64,000 nt of DNA from Octopus sinensis (GCF_006345805.1 NC_042998.1:179180001-179244000); one strand, 5' to 3'; shown: positions 13,191-27,399, numbered from the stretch's first letter. Notes: generated from the sequence alone by a model not told the origin. A program made the numbers and translations.

Positions 13191-13262
13191 AGAATAGGTC
13201 TCCCGTTGAAAACAACGTGTTTATATATGTATATATATATATATATATATTCATGAAACTGC

Positions 13263-13305
<43 letters not shown>

Positions 13306-13307
<2 letters not shown>

Positions 13308-13712
13308 GCTATTATTAGGAATTTTCCAAAGAATTCTAGAATTAAAAATTCTATATACCAGTGTAAAATTACCACTCGTAATCAAGTATACTTTTATATT
13401 GGAAGCACGTCTTCACAGTTATCTAAAAGAATTTCTAATCATTATTCTACATTTAGGGATTGGAATAAACGTAACAGTACAGGGCTTAGTAAATTAATTT
13501 GATATCTAAAAGACCACAATAAACAATTTAATTTAGATTGGTTGATTCTCTCAATCTCGATATCTTATGACAAAGGCAAGGAATTCTGTCTTCTCTGTAA
13601 TTCTGAACTATTTTTTATTCTGTTTTCTAAAAATCCCCTTGTAAACAAGGTTATAGAGCGTGCATACCGATGTAAACATTGGCAGAAACACACCTTTAGT
13701 TCATATAAGTGA
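13306..13712 (+). pseudogene. Penelope-like element GIY-YIG endonuclease domain, one premature stop
   Basis: SIYQCKITTRNQVYFYIGSTSSQLSKRISNHYSTFRDWNKRNSTGLSKLI*YLKDHNKQFNLDWLIL..CLLCNSE..LVNK..CKH; matches the PLE EN pattern IY..YIG..R..H..ST.LSK.IW..C.LC..E..N..C.H; TGA at 13500-13502 replaces the expected Trp. Confidence 0.85.
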
Positions 13713-13933
13713 TTTCTATCATTATTTATAATTTATACATTAATTTTCTTTTAATATTTCACTAGATATATATTTTCCTAGTCTATAAGGTTTTATTTAA
13801 TATACATATAGTCATATACTTCTCATTTATTTAGTTTTTCTTTACGTTATTCCTCCTCTTTCTATAGGCTACTTCTGACGTTATATCCTATAACGTTTTT
13901 TTGAAGCAATATTAATAGCGTTCAGTTAATCAC

Positions 13934-14190
<257 letters not shown>

Positions 14191-14817
14191 TATGCATATG
14201 GTTAATGGGTAGATATCTACATCTATCTATCTCTGTGTCTTCTGCCTTCTCTCTCACTCTCTCCCCCCTTCCCACCCATCTGTCTGTCTCTCTTTCTGTC
14301 TCTCATATATATACATGCATACACGTGTGCAACCCATTTTTCGCACAATGCTTACGGAATTGACAGGAAGCTGATGTTAAATTGTATTTAGATTAGATGT
14401 GATGATAAAAACTAGTGGCTGTGTACAAGATTACTTAACAGTACAAGTCTCAATGTTGATGACTCACGATTTCCTCCTGAAATATCCAACACAAGGATTC
14501 TCTTTCTATTAATCCTTGGCATATTATTCATAAAGCAAATACTTCATTAAATCTATCCAAACTTGCTTCATTTTTATCTCGTTCTCATTTTTCTTTCTAT
14601 CAAGCTTCGACATATAATTCAACGTATTCAGTAAACAAACCTTTATTCATTATACAAAACATTCCATTCGTGAATCTTCGTCTCTTTCTGTATCTGTTCT
14701 TTATTTCTGGTCGGTTGTTTTTCTATAGCAATCATTAAGATATTATATTGCTTATGCTATAACAAAACAAGGATATCGTTTTATTTCATACTATTATTAT
14801 TACACCCTGTATTAAAA

Positions 14818-15025
14818 CGGTGAGCAGGCAGAATCGTTACCGCACTGGAAAAATTGCTTAGCGGCATTTCGTCCGCCTTTACGTTCGGAGTTCAAATCTC
14901 ACCGAGGTCGGCACGGCTTTTTATGCTTTTGGGTCGATGAAGTAAGTACCAGTTGAGCACTGGGGTCGATCTAATCAACTTGCACCATCTCCCGAATTTG
15001 CTGGTCTTGTGTCAAAATTTGAAAC
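14818..15025 (+). mobile_element. SINE family B-related variant
   Basis: GAGCAGGCAGAATCG head, GAGTTCAAAT B-box. Confidence 0.75.
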
Positions 15026-15315
15026 CTTTATTACATCATTCGTTACTGTATGATTTATGGTTGTGTTTTTTTTTTTCCTTTTCTTGCAGGCATAGCTGTG
15101 TGATTAAGAAAGTTGCTTTGCAACCATGTAACTTCAGGTCCAGTTGCACTGCGCGACACCTTCAACATGTGTCTTCTACTACAGCATCAGATAAAAGATA
15201 AACGATGTGCCCCAACTTTTATTTTTTTATATATGTCTTATTTCATTGTTTCGTTTTCTTTATTATATAGGCACAGGAGTGGCTGTGTGATAATAAGCTT
15301 GCTTGTTACCACACA

Positions 15316-15547
15316 GGCGGCGAGCTGGCAGAAACGTTAGCACGGCAGGCGAAAATGCTTAGCGGTATTTCGTCTGCCGTTACGTTCTGAGTTCAAATTC
15401 CGCCGGGGTCGACTTTGCCTTTCATCCTTTCGGGGTCGATAAATTAAGTACCAGTTACGCACTGTGGTCGATGCAATCGACTTAATCCGTTTGTCTGTCC
15501 TTGTTTGTCCCCTGTGTGTTTAGCCCCTTGTGGGCAATAAAGAAATA
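15316..15547 (+). mobile_element. SINE family B inserted into the head of a SINE A copy (15268-15690)
   Basis: SINE A head is interrupted after ACCACACA and resumes at AGAAGCTTGCTTCCCAACC. Confidence 0.88.
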
Positions 15548-15699
15548 AGAAGCTTGCTTCCCAACCACATAGTCCTAGGTTCAGTCCTACTACGTAGTAC
15601 CTTGAGCAGGTGTCTTTTACTATAACCTCGGGCCGACCAAAGCCTTGTGGGTGGATTTGGTAGACGGAAACTGAAAGAAGCCTCCAGTATACATATAAC

Positions 15700-16239
15700 A
15701 CCTGTCCATGTTCAGATTGTCCTTGCACAGGGGCCTTCCGGACTCCCGTTTGCGCCGAGAACAAGGATTAATCTTCTCTCCTTTGCGCCACATGGGCTCA
15801 ACTCTCCTCCCTTCTTCATCCATATTCCTCCCCGTGTTTGTGAAATCTTGTACCCCTGCTTTAAGGCTTCATACCTATACACGCCAGCTTAATTTAATTC
15901 GTCCTTAGTCGAAAGACACCTGTTGTTATGTCCTGTTATTATTTTTATTATTTTCATTGTGTTTGTGTCCGATTTTTCCGTCCTTGTTTATGTATACATT
16001 CGCCACTTTCTTCCAAAGAATCTAATGTTCTTAGCTTAGTTTTTCCTTGGGGCTGGCCAGATTGGAGCATTCTCAAGCATAATCAGCCGAAATTGCGAAG
16101 ATAATCTGGTACTTGACTGAGGGAAGAAAACTTCGAATGACACGTCCTTGTTTTCTTTGTATCGTCTATGTGAATGTTTTGTTGTCCCATTTTTGTATCA
16201 CCTAACTGTCCGGATGTTTTGCGTTCTTGTCCCATTTTG

Positions 16240-16245
<6 letters not shown>
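15700..16245. repeat. Unclassified interspersed repeat; 3' part shared with 59505-59890
   Basis: AATCAGCCGAAATTGC..CTTCGAATGAC..TTGTCCCATTTT recurs at 59510 and 59722. Confidence 0.6.
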
Positions 16246-16291
<46 letters not shown>

Positions 16292-16537
16292 CGAGAGGCC
16301 TCTGTGCGCGCTCGTGTGTGTGCCTGTGTTTGTCCCCCCCCCCGTCACTGCTTGACAGCCGGTGTGGGAGTGTTTGCGTTGCCATAACTTAGCGGTTCGG
16401 CAAAAGTGATTGATAGAAATGTACCAGATTTGAAAAATAATTGAAAATGTACCGGGGTCAATACATTCGACTAAAATCAGAGCAGCCTGACCTCAGTCTA
16501 AAGACTGGAAGAATATCTCTTATTTTTTCTGTATATA

Positions 16538-16890
16538 TTACTCTTTTACACGTTTCAGTCATTTGACTGCGGCCATGCTGGAGCACCGCCTTTAGTCGAA
16601 CAAATCGACTTATTTCTTTGTAAGCCGAGTACTTATTCTATCAGTCACTTTTGCCGAACCGCTAAGTTTCGGGGCTATAAACACAACAAATCGGTTGTCA
16701 AGCGATGGTGGGGGGGGGACAAACACAGACACAAAGGCACACACACATAAATAAGCACACACATATATCAACACGACTGGCTCCTTTCAGTTTCCGTCTA
16801 CCAAATCCACTCACAAAGCTTCGGTCGGTTCACTCTGTGGGACTGAACCCGGAACCATGTGGTTGGGAAGAAAGCTTCTTACCATACAGC
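16538..16890 (-). mobile_element. SINE family A
   Basis: Tail-microsatellite-head order on the minus strand. Confidence 0.8.
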
Positions 16891-17242
16891 CATTTTTGTT
16901 ATATGCCTTATTTTTAACTGTCTTCTTTTTTTACTATGTCCCTTTTTTTTTCTAAATATGTACCTCAGTTTTTAGTCCTATCATACTTTCAACAGTACGT
17001 CACATTTCTTTTGCTTACCATACTTACTGCAAGCTGGTAGAATTGTGAGCCCGCCGGCCAAAATGCTTAGCAGCATTTCGTCCGTCTTTTCGTTCTGAGT
17101 TCAAGTTCCGCCGAGGTCGAATTTTCCTTTCATCGTCGATAAAATAAATGCCGAACAGATCGACTCCAGCACTTATTTTCCAAGTCTAGTACATATTCTT
17201 TTGTCTTTTTGCCAAACTGCTAAGATACAGAGACATGAAAAA

Positions 17243-18004
17243 CATGCATACATACATGCATACATACATGCATGCATGCATACATACATACATGCATGCA
17301 TGCATGCATGCATACATACATACATACATGCATGCATGCATGCATGCATACATACATACATACATACATACATTCATACATACATACATACATACATACA
17401 TACATACATGCATGCATACATACATACATACATGCATGCATACATGCATACATACATACATGCATGCATACATGCATACATACATACATACATACATGCA
17501 TGCATACATACATACATGCATGCATACATACATACATACATGCATGCATGCATGCATACATACATACATACATACATACATGCATGCATTCATACATACA
17601 TGCATGCATGCATACATACATACATACATGCATGCATGCATACATACATACATACCATGCATGCATGCATGCATGTATGTATGTATGTATGTATCATGCA
17701 TGCATACATACATACATACATACATACATACATGCATGCATACATACATACATACATAAATACATGCATGCATGCATACATACATACATACATACATGTA
17801 TGCATGCATACATACATACATACATACATGCATGCATGCATGCATGCATACATACATACATACATGCATACATGCATGCATACATACATACATACATGCA
17901 TGCATGCATGCATACATACATACATACATAAATACATACATACATGCATACATACATAAATACATGCATGCATGCATACATATTTTCATACATACATACA
18001 TAAA

Positions 18005-18035
<31 letters not shown>

Positions 18036-18150
18036 TTTCATACATACATACATAAATACATACATACATACATACATACATACATACATACATACATACA
18101 TACATACATACGTACATACATACACATATACATACATACGTGTGTGTGTG
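17243..18150. repeat. ~900-bp mixed (CATA)/(CATG) tetranucleotide array
   Basis: Directly visible; source of the MYVC/HTYI ORFs. Confidence 0.97.
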
Positions 18151-18339
18151 TGTGCGTGTTTACGTTTATCAAATTCACTCACAAAGCATTTGTTTGTCAG
18201 GGATTGTAGTTGCAAACTTGTCCAAAATGCCGTGCAATGGGACTGAACGCGAAATTGCAAGGTTGTAAAGCGAACTTCTTAACCACACGACCACGTTGGT
18301 TTTTGCTAACAATGCCAAGGTGTTACAAGATTGCACATA

Positions 18340-18511
18340 GGCGCAGGAGTGGCTGTGTGGTAAGTAGCTTGTTAACCAACCACATGGTTCCAGGTTCAGT
18401 CCCACTGCGTGGCATCTTGGGCAAGTGTCTTCTGCTATAGTCTCGGGCCTACCAATGCCTTGTGAGTGGATTTGGTAGACGGAAACTGAAAGAAACCTGT
18501 CGTATATGTAT

Positions 18512-18561
<50 letters not shown>

Positions 18562-18778
18562 GTGTGTTTGTGTGTCTGTGTTTGTCCCCCTAGCATTGCT
18601 TGACAACCGATGCTGGTGTGTTTACGTCCCCGTCACTTAGCGGTTCGGCAAAAGAAACCGATAGAATAAGTACTGGGCTTACAAAGAATAAGTCCCGGGG
18701 TGGATTTGCTCGACTAAAGGCGGTGCTCCAGCATGGCCGCAGTCAAATGACTGAAACAAGTAAAAGAGTAAAAGAGTA
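18340..18778 (+). mobile_element. SINE family A, full length
   Basis: Complete head, internal tract and tail. Confidence 0.93.
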
Positions 18779-19527
18779 TAGTAGTTAAGAAATTTGGATC
18801 TCTACAGTAAAAGAAAAAAAATGTAATAATAAAGATTCTGAGATCGTAGCATAGAAAATACCAAGAAAATATAAAATTATGATTCACCGTATTTCATGTA
18901 CTGCGCGTGTCTCTTTCTCTCTGACTTTACGCAAGATATTCAAATCAGTTGGTCAGCTGACCTCTACAACAGTAACTGATCTGTAGAATGGGGCATGACT
19001 TTTGTTTCCTGTTCTGAGACGAAGTTAATTGTTGGAAAATTTATCGTCTTAATAACAATAATTCGTCTCAACTATTTAGACGCTTAATCAATAAGTTATA
19101 CAGTTACGTAGGCTAGTGCTAACATAGTTAACATAAAAGAACAATATTAATTAATGACTATTTTCCTATTACTGTGTGTACGAGAAACAATTCTGAACAT
19201 ATTTCTCTGTTTTGCTGATTCCATCGGTGATGAGCAACCCGCGTTGTACTTGCTGAATTTGTGAAGGATGATTAATTAGATAACAAGAGAGCGCCTTTAT
19301 TATTGGTGAACAAAAATGGAATTCTTCAGGAACGAAGTGATTCAGAGACACCATCTGTTTGAAAAACAAAGATGGTGTGGTTGTAAACTGAATTCCTGTT
19401 GAGGTAATTTTGCTTTTACTCTTTTCGGGGGACGATTTTTTTTTTTTTAAAAAAGGTACCAATCTATGGAGATAGATTGGCCGAATCAGTTGAGGATCAA
19501 GCAAGATGCCTTGAAATATCTTGAAAA

Positions 19528-19681
19528 ATATGTTGTTTAGTTCTCCTTGCTGATGGAAATAAATAGCAAGTTTTCTATTGACATTCGTAATCTCATAGTG
19601 AGAGAACAACGGTAAACTTCTTCGATGTAGCTCTTGAAAAAAATCCAGTTTCATATTTAGTTGAAGTGTATGTGTGAGAGA

Positions 19682-19719
<38 letters not shown>

Positions 19720-19955
19720 CAGTGTGTGTGTGAGAGACAGTGTGTGTGTGTGTATTTGTCCTGCCACCCCCGTCACCGCTTGACATCTGCTGCTGGTGTG
19801 TTTACGTCCCCGTAACTTAGATGTCGATAGAATACGTACCGAGCTTTAAAAATAAGTCCTCGGCTCGATGTGTTCGACTAAAACCCTTCAAGATGGTACT
19901 CCAGCATGGCCGCAGTCAAATGTCTGAAACAAGTAAAAGAAAAAATTAAATATTA
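19528..19955 (+). repeat. Inverted counterpart of 7231-7646
   Basis: Reverse-complement similarity including the non-SINE portion. Confidence 0.85.
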
Positions 19956-20271
19956 CTAAAGTGTGAAGACACTGGTACGAAAGCTGCAAGGGGGACACAT
20001 CAAAGGCGTGGATAGGGGAGAACCGACATTCATTGACAACTGCTAGTCTTTTTATAAAAACATCTTACTCATATACTTGTTCAGATGCATCTACGTTCAG
20101 ATGCATAGCCACTATTAACAGACGGAGGTCCTACGGGCAATTTATAATCTTTATATTTTCATTATAATGACGACTTCCGTTCTGTTTTAGTTGAGTTAAA
20201 TTTACTTTTCTGTATGTTACTTTGCTTTCTCTATGACGTTCAATTAATATCTATCTTTCTATCTTTCATCT

Positions 20272-20660
20272 TTTACTTCTTTCAGTCATTGGACTGCGGC
20301 CATGCTGGGGCACCGCTTTGAAAGGTTTAGTCGAACAAATCGACACCAATACTTATTTTTAAAGTCTGATACATATTCTATCGGTTTCTTTTGCCGAACC
20401 ACGACGGTATGTGGTCGTGAACAAACCAACACTGGTTGTTGCGCGTAGGGAGTGGAAACAAACACAAACACACACACACGCACATACTCAGACATACATT
20501 TATTTACGACGGGTTTCCACACAGTTTCTTCTACCAAGTTCACTCACATGACTTTGGACGGCTGGAGCCCGTTGTAGAAGATACTTGCCTAAGGTGCTAT
20601 GCAATGGGACTGAACCTGAAGCAACGTGGTTACGAAGCGAGCTTGTTAACTACACAGATA
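20272..20660 (-). mobile_element. SINE family A, old divergent copy
   Basis: Degenerate tail and head. Confidence 0.65.
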
Positions 20661-20711
20661 TGCGTCTTTTCGTATTGTTTTAGTTTAGTTCATAACAATT
20701 TACTTTTCAGG

Positions 20712-20897
20712 AAGTTTTCTTATTTCTTTACTACACACAGAGGGGACAAACAAGGACAGACAAAGGGATTAAGTCGGTTACATCGACCCCAGTGCGTAAC
20801 TGGTACTTAATTTATCGACCCAGAAAGGATGAAAGGCAAAGTCGACCGCAGCGGAATTTGAACTCAGAACATAACGGCAGACGAAATACCGCTAAGT
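20712..20897 (-). mobile_element. SINE family B
   Basis: Reverse complement of family B. Confidence 0.85.
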
Positions 20898-20914
20898 TGT
20901 TGACAAACAACAGC

Positions 20915-21100
20915 AGTAATTCTATTCAGCTGAATACACGTCATTGATTGGTTGAAATTACCGAAATACGACAACTTTAACACGAATTAACTTCGTAAAT
21001 AGAAACTTTTCTCAAAAACGCTAAGAGTCAAAGATGTTTTATATGACACATTCTACCAGTGTCCGAAGTTTGAAAGGATTTAGTTACAAAAAATGAATTT
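20915..21100. repeat. Interspersed repeat shared (inverted) with 42230-42510
   Basis: GATTGGTTGAAATT..ACATTCTACCAGT vs ACTGGTAGAATGT..AATTTCAACCAATC. Confidence 0.6.
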
Positions 21101-21233
21101 CTCGATCTGCCGATGAAAATGAAAAGATCCAAGGATTTTGACAAACATAGCTGACTGACCGAACGATTAATCATATAATCGATTAGTTAAATGATTAATC
21201 GGTAGACTATTATTATTATTATTATTATTATTA

Positions 21234-21270
<37 letters not shown>

Positions 21271-21387
21271 TAGTTTTATTTTTATAGCGTGCTTTCACTT
21301 CACTACCGAGCGCAGCTCTGTGTGCCTTGGGTATGTGCTGTGATTTGTTGTGATGCTCTGATGGTTATTGTATGGAAAGTGTTCTGC

Positions 21388-21464
<77 letters not shown>

Positions 21465-22341
21465 TGAAATAGAACCAGTGCGTGTGTTTATTATTGGCAT
21501 AATGACCTCCCGTCATACAGCAAAATTAAAGTCATTATTCATCTCATTCCTGCTATCGAAATATATTGTTCCATAATTCCATTGATAAATTTCAGTTTCT
21601 TGTCTTTAACACAGATTATTCCATCTCTTCAGAAATTCTTATTCAATTTCAGTAACGTCGATCTTTTCTGTTTTTTCATTTCCCAAACCATATCCTCCAA
21701 GCATATTTCGCTTACATTTTCACTCAAACCATTCAACTCCAGTTATGTCCCAACCAATTATTAACATTACTTTTCGCTCCAGTCCCAGTAATATTTTTTT
21801 CCCGCTTAATAAAATATTCTCATGTGTAGTAATACTCATTTCTTTCCCGTCGTGGGTTTATATGCTCCAGTACTAGACTATTTCCTATCGTCAATACATA
21901 TGGTGAAAACTTACATTTACAAAAAAAAAAAAAACCCTTTCTTCCTATGGCCCTGGAATGATCCAAATTATTCAGGTGTGGCACAAACAATAACTTTCAA
22001 AACGGGGAAAAAATTAACACGTACTTAGTGACTCCCTTGTGGGTACATTAGAGACTTCCAAGCCAACAAAGCGAAACTAATATCTTTACAACGTAAACAG
22101 GCAACACCAACAAATACTAAATATTCATACTTTACAAAGCACAATGTTATTACCATAAAAGACACAATCACGACAGCATGAAGAACATAAGCGTCTACTT
22201 GAAATTCATTAGGTATATTAAAAGTATATGTGGAAAATCATTATATTCTCTTTTTCGTTCAAACTTCTCTATCAATCACTCTTTATATTTGTGCGTGTAT
22301 GTGTGTGAGTGTGTACTCATACAGACACACATTTGTTTGTA

Positions 22342-22815
<474 letters not shown>

Positions 22816-22966
22816 AATATATATATATATATATACTGATAGGGCACAGATAGTGTGTCTATAACCAGCTGGAGGAGATATCTTCCTGGGGCTACAAACT
22901 ACAGTAGCATCCACCCTTAGGGGTTAGCTATATTCAAATGGCAAATATGTGTCACTATATATATAT

Positions 22967-23214
22967 ATATATATGAAAGAAAAAAGGTGTTCAGAATGCT
23001 GGATGGTTGTAAAAATATATATTTATTTACATATCACATATTATTTCTTCATATTAGCGCTTTCAACTACTCCTGTAGTTTCATCGGACATTTCTGATGA
23101 AACTACAGGAGTAGCTGAAAGCGCTAATATGAAGAAATAATATGTGATATGTAAATAAATATATATTTTTACAACCATCCAGCATTCTGAACACCTTTTT
23201 TCTTTCATATATAT
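22967..23214. repeat. 248-bp near-perfect palindrome centred at 23090/23091
   Basis: Arms are reverse complements; mismatches seen at 23066/23115, 23086/23095 and at the centre. Confidence 0.95.
23089..23131 (+). ncRNA. Minimal type I hammerhead ribozyme motif
   Basis: cattt CTGATGA aactac-agga-gtagct GAAA GCGC TA atatg: canonical core, stem II, A-U stem III with palindromic GCGC loop, CUA site, 4/5-bp stem I. Confidence 0.75.
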
Positions 23215-23251
23215 TAAATCTGTACATCGACCCCAATACTTCTAACACACA

Positions 23252-23307
<56 letters not shown>

Positions 23308-24579
23308 CAACACACATATATATATGTATGAATTTAAGGATGGTCAAGAATTCTATTAAAAGGGTTTGGGGGAGAAATTAATTTTTCTTAATTTTCTTCT
23401 ACTTTATGGTGTGTGTATTATTTTCGTGAGTGCGTGCGCAGGGGCTTGTCTGTGTCTGAAACTCTGAATCGGAAGAGAATGAATCACCAGAACAAATGCA
23501 CGCGCGAGCACGCACACACACACACGCACACGCACACGCACGCACACGCACATACACGTGAGGCAGATCGTTTATTTAGAACAAAAAAATTTCTATTTTT
23601 AGATACAATTCAAGAGTCACAAACTCACAATAAAATGGTGATGTGGATGTGAGTAAATTATAGACCCTTATTTATTGACTAATGGTGAATGCTTCCATAT
23701 TTAATTGTAGTTTATATATATATTAATGAATTGTTTTTTTAATTTATTCTTTGTTGTTGGGTGAACAGGTCTGAGCACGTGTAGAGTAAGTTCATTCCTC
23801 CACAAGCAATAATGTCGCTACTTAAGGAAATTTTCTTTATATTTTCGCCTTGGATCTGTTGGCGGTGAATCGTCATTCGTTAGCGTAATGAAACGCTCGA
23901 CCGTCCTATGTAATTTTCCTGACATCCACAACATGTAATTACGTAGATTAAATTTTCTGAGTCGTACGTGAAGTTGACTTTTACTTTGAAGGTTTAGCCA
24001 CCTTGAAATTTGAATTCTAGTCCTTCAATTAGGTATAGGCAAGTGCCACAATTTGTTTTTCCGCATTTTGTCACAGTTGGGTTGGGGATTTATTCTAGTG
24101 AGAATTCTTTTCAGTGTTTTGGGCTCCTTTTTGCTTTTGATGATTTAATGTATTTCCAGATATTTTTTTCATTTTTTCATTTTCGCATAGAATAGGGAGG
24201 TTTTGTGAATGTGATCAAATATTTCGATGTTTTTAGGGTATATATTTTTTTCTGTTATCGTTTACTTATTTCAGTTATTAGACTGCAGCCATGCTAGGAC
24301 ACTGCTCTGAAGAATTTTAACCGAAAGAATTGGCCCTGGTAAAGCCTGGTACTTATTCAATCGGGCTTTTTTGTCGAATCGCTAAGTTACAAGGACGTAA
24401 ACACACCATCATCAGTTGTCATGCGGTGGAGTGGGAGAACAAACGCATACACACACACAGACACATATACGTACACGTACGCACACACACGCACACACAC
24501 ACGCACGCACACACACACACACATACACACGTGTATATATATATTTGTGTGTGCGTGTGTGTGTATATATATATTCTTT

Positions 24580-24925
24580 TATTCTTTTCCTTGTTTCAAT
24601 CATTTGACTGCGGCCATGCTGGAACGCCGCCTTTATTCGAACAAATCGACCCCAGAACTTATTCTTTGCAAGACTAGTACTTATTCTATCTGACTCTTTT
24701 GCCGAACCACTAAGTTACGGGGACGTAAGCACACCAACATCGGTTGTCAAGCGATCGCGGAGGGACAAGCACAGACACGCACAAATATATATATTGTCTA
24801 CCAACCACATGGTACAGGTCATCCCACTGCGTGGCACCTTGGACATGTGTCTTCTACTATATGCTTCGGGCCTGACCAATGCCTTGTGAGTGGATTGGTA
24901 GACGGAAACTGAAAGAAGCCTGTCG

Positions 24926-24976
<51 letters not shown>

Positions 24977-25240
24977 TATCTATATTGATAATATATATAT
25001 ATATATATGTATGTGTGTGGTGTTTTGTGTCTGTGTTTGTCTCCCTAGCATTGCTTGACAACCGATGCTGGTGTGTTTATGTCCCCGTAACTTAGCGGTT
25101 CGGCAAAAGAGACCGATAGAATAAGTACTGGGCTTACAAAAGAATAAGTCCCGGGGTCGATTTGCTCGATTAAAAGGCGGTGCTCCAGCATGGCCGCAGT
25201 CAAATGACTGAAACAAGTAAAAGAGTAAAAGAGTAAAAGA
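24580..25240. mobile_element. Two adjacent partial SINE A copies (tail minus 24580-24790; copy plus 24805-25240)
   Basis: Family A tail motifs in both orientations. Confidence 0.8.
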
Positions 25241-25463
25241 GCCTACCTAAATCACATGCAAATAGGAAGATAAATATAAATAGAAAGATAGACATATAGA
25301 TGGATAGATCAGAAGTAAAGCTTAGGAGAAAGGGGAAAAAAGATAAAGAATGATACAGCGTACGTATACGCACACTCGCACCCGACCAAGCGCGCGCATG
25401 CACGCAAACTCTCTCATAATGTCAACAGTTTTACTCATACGCATCTCTCACTCTTTCTCTGTA

Positions 25464-25512
<49 letters not shown>

Positions 25513-25841
25513 CACAATATATTTAAACAACCATGTTATCTCTTGACACCTTTATTAGTTCTCTCCTAACTCTCTAAGCTTACTTTCTCGCCCCACTGCG
25601 TCCGACACATCACCACTACCGCCATCAACGCCGCCGCCGCCGCCGCCGCCACCACTGCCACCGCCAACATCCCCACCATCGCCGCCGCTGTCGTCATCAG
25701 CTTCACCTCTTTTTTTTTTTTCTCCACTTTTTGTTTTCGCTCCCCGTGTTTTTTCCTCCTCTTTTAATCACCGTTAGCAGCTGAGTGCTGCTACATTAAT
25801 TTTTAATACACACACACTTACACACACACACACACACACAC

Positions 25842-25889
<48 letters not shown>

Positions 25890-26040
25890 ACACAACATAA
25901 ACTGACGCACGCACATACTCACTTAAACACACACTTATACAGACGCACAGAGATGCTCATTTACTAACACTAGCCACTCACCAGGCCTATGCAGCTCCGT
26001 CCGTCCATCTATCTCACACTTTCTCTGCATTATGCTCATA

Positions 26041-26072
<32 letters not shown>

Positions 26073-26147
26073 ATGTTTGTTGATTCGCTAGCTTCTGCAC
26101 GCATTTTTTTTCTCTCCTTGTTTCTCTCTGTGTTTCTTTTCTGTGTA

Positions 26148-26185
26148 TCTTTCTGTTGAAGAGCGTAGGCTCGAAACGTAAAAGA
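26148..26185 (+). ncRNA. Hammerhead-like motif (variant core) in a TA-flanked repeat unit (~26060-26290)
   Basis: tcttt CTGTTGA a GAGC-gtag-GCTC GAAA CG TA aaaga: stems I and II pair, ACGT palindrome; A6 replaced and one extra A. Confidence 0.5.
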
Positions 26186-26739
26186 CTTGTTTTATTTATA
26201 TTCCTGAGCGCCATACTAATACAATTGTTTGTTTGTATTCCACCTGCCTTCGTCTTTTGTTTATTTTCATAAAGCTTCCTGTTATATATATATATGTATG
26301 TATGTATATACCTTTTATTCTTTTACTTGTTTGAGTCATTTGGCTGCGGTCATGCTGGGTTTTAAGTCGAACAAATCGACCTCCCGAGGACTTAGCTTTT
26401 TGTTAAAGCCTAGTACTTATTCTATCGTTTCTTTTGACGAATCGCTAGATTACGGTGACGGAAACACACCGGTGGTGGGGAACACACACACATACTATAC
26501 AATATATCTTTCTTTCTTCCTTTCCTTCGTTACGGAAAAGTATTTTGCTCCCCTATTCGTTACTTGTAGAGAGTCCTTTAACTTTGAGCGCCCCTCCTCT
26601 TCTCCTACTCATTCCTTTACTCACTTCTTTCGCTAACTGTTACATATAAGATCCTTTCCCTTTTCTTTCCCCTTCTCTGCGTTTTACTTCTGTCTATATG
26701 TATACACCAAGTGATTTTTGCACGCGAGCAAGGAAAACG

Positions 26740-27399
26740 ACACTGACATTTCATTTTAGCAGATATATTTACCAATATTACGTAAAAATATCTTGAGTAA
26801 ATTCATTCAATAAAATCACCATTGGCTTCAACTACGGTGCCAGACGACTTCGGAATCTCCTGCAACTCATCTGGACGGTTTCCTTGTTTAAGTTGGCGAA
26901 TGCTGCCATAATCCTTGCCTTCAGTTCATCTTTGGTGTTACAAGGAATTTTGTTGGTCTCTCGCTCAAGTGTGCTCCACACATAATAATCAAGGCGGTTC
27001 CAATCTGGGGAGTTAGGTGACCAGATGTTAGGGGTGATGTAGTCGCAGAAATTGTCTGACAGCCATGACTAGGTTCTCCTGCTTGTGTGGCTGGGTGCAG
27101 TGTCCTGTTGCCAGACATAGGGTCTTCCAGCAGCCATCCTCTTAACCCAGGGCGGCACTACCTCCTCAAGGCACTTGATATAGGCCTCCGTGTTGAGCCT
27201 GAGGCCGTGTGGGAAGATGAACGAAGGCATAACGTCGCCATCACTAGTGATGACTCCAAAGATGAAGATGATGGCTAGTTATTTGATGTTTATCACTCTC
27301 GGTACATGTTTTGGGGACACGGCTAGCCAACAGTTGTTCTGTGTGTTCACCATCTGATCCTGGCAGAATTTTTCTCGTCTGAGAAAAACTAAAGCATGT
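26740..27399 (-). mobile_element. Tc1/mariner superfamily transposase remnant, maT type (DD37D)
   Basis: FFSDEK..FGVITSDG..YVWQQDTAPSHTSRRT*SWLSDNFCDYITPNIWSPNSPDWNRLDYYVWS..VVEANGDFIE; 37 residues between the second and third D; stops and frameshifts. Confidence 0.88.

Noticed and set aside
13865-13920. CTGACG + hairpin + GAAG downstream of the Penelope EN
   Set aside because: Core spacing and the GAAA element do not fit a hammerhead, although the position would suit a pLTR.
16105-16150. CTGAGGGAAG-AAAA-CTTCGAA (and CTGAAGA..TTCGAA at ~59545)
   Set aside because: Incomplete core, no A15.1-U16.1 pair, and stem II is not conserved between the copies.
19169-19354. Minus-strand acceptor followed by a 61-codon open frame (MVSLNHFVPEEF..)
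   Set aside because: No partner exon or homology recognised; could be chance.
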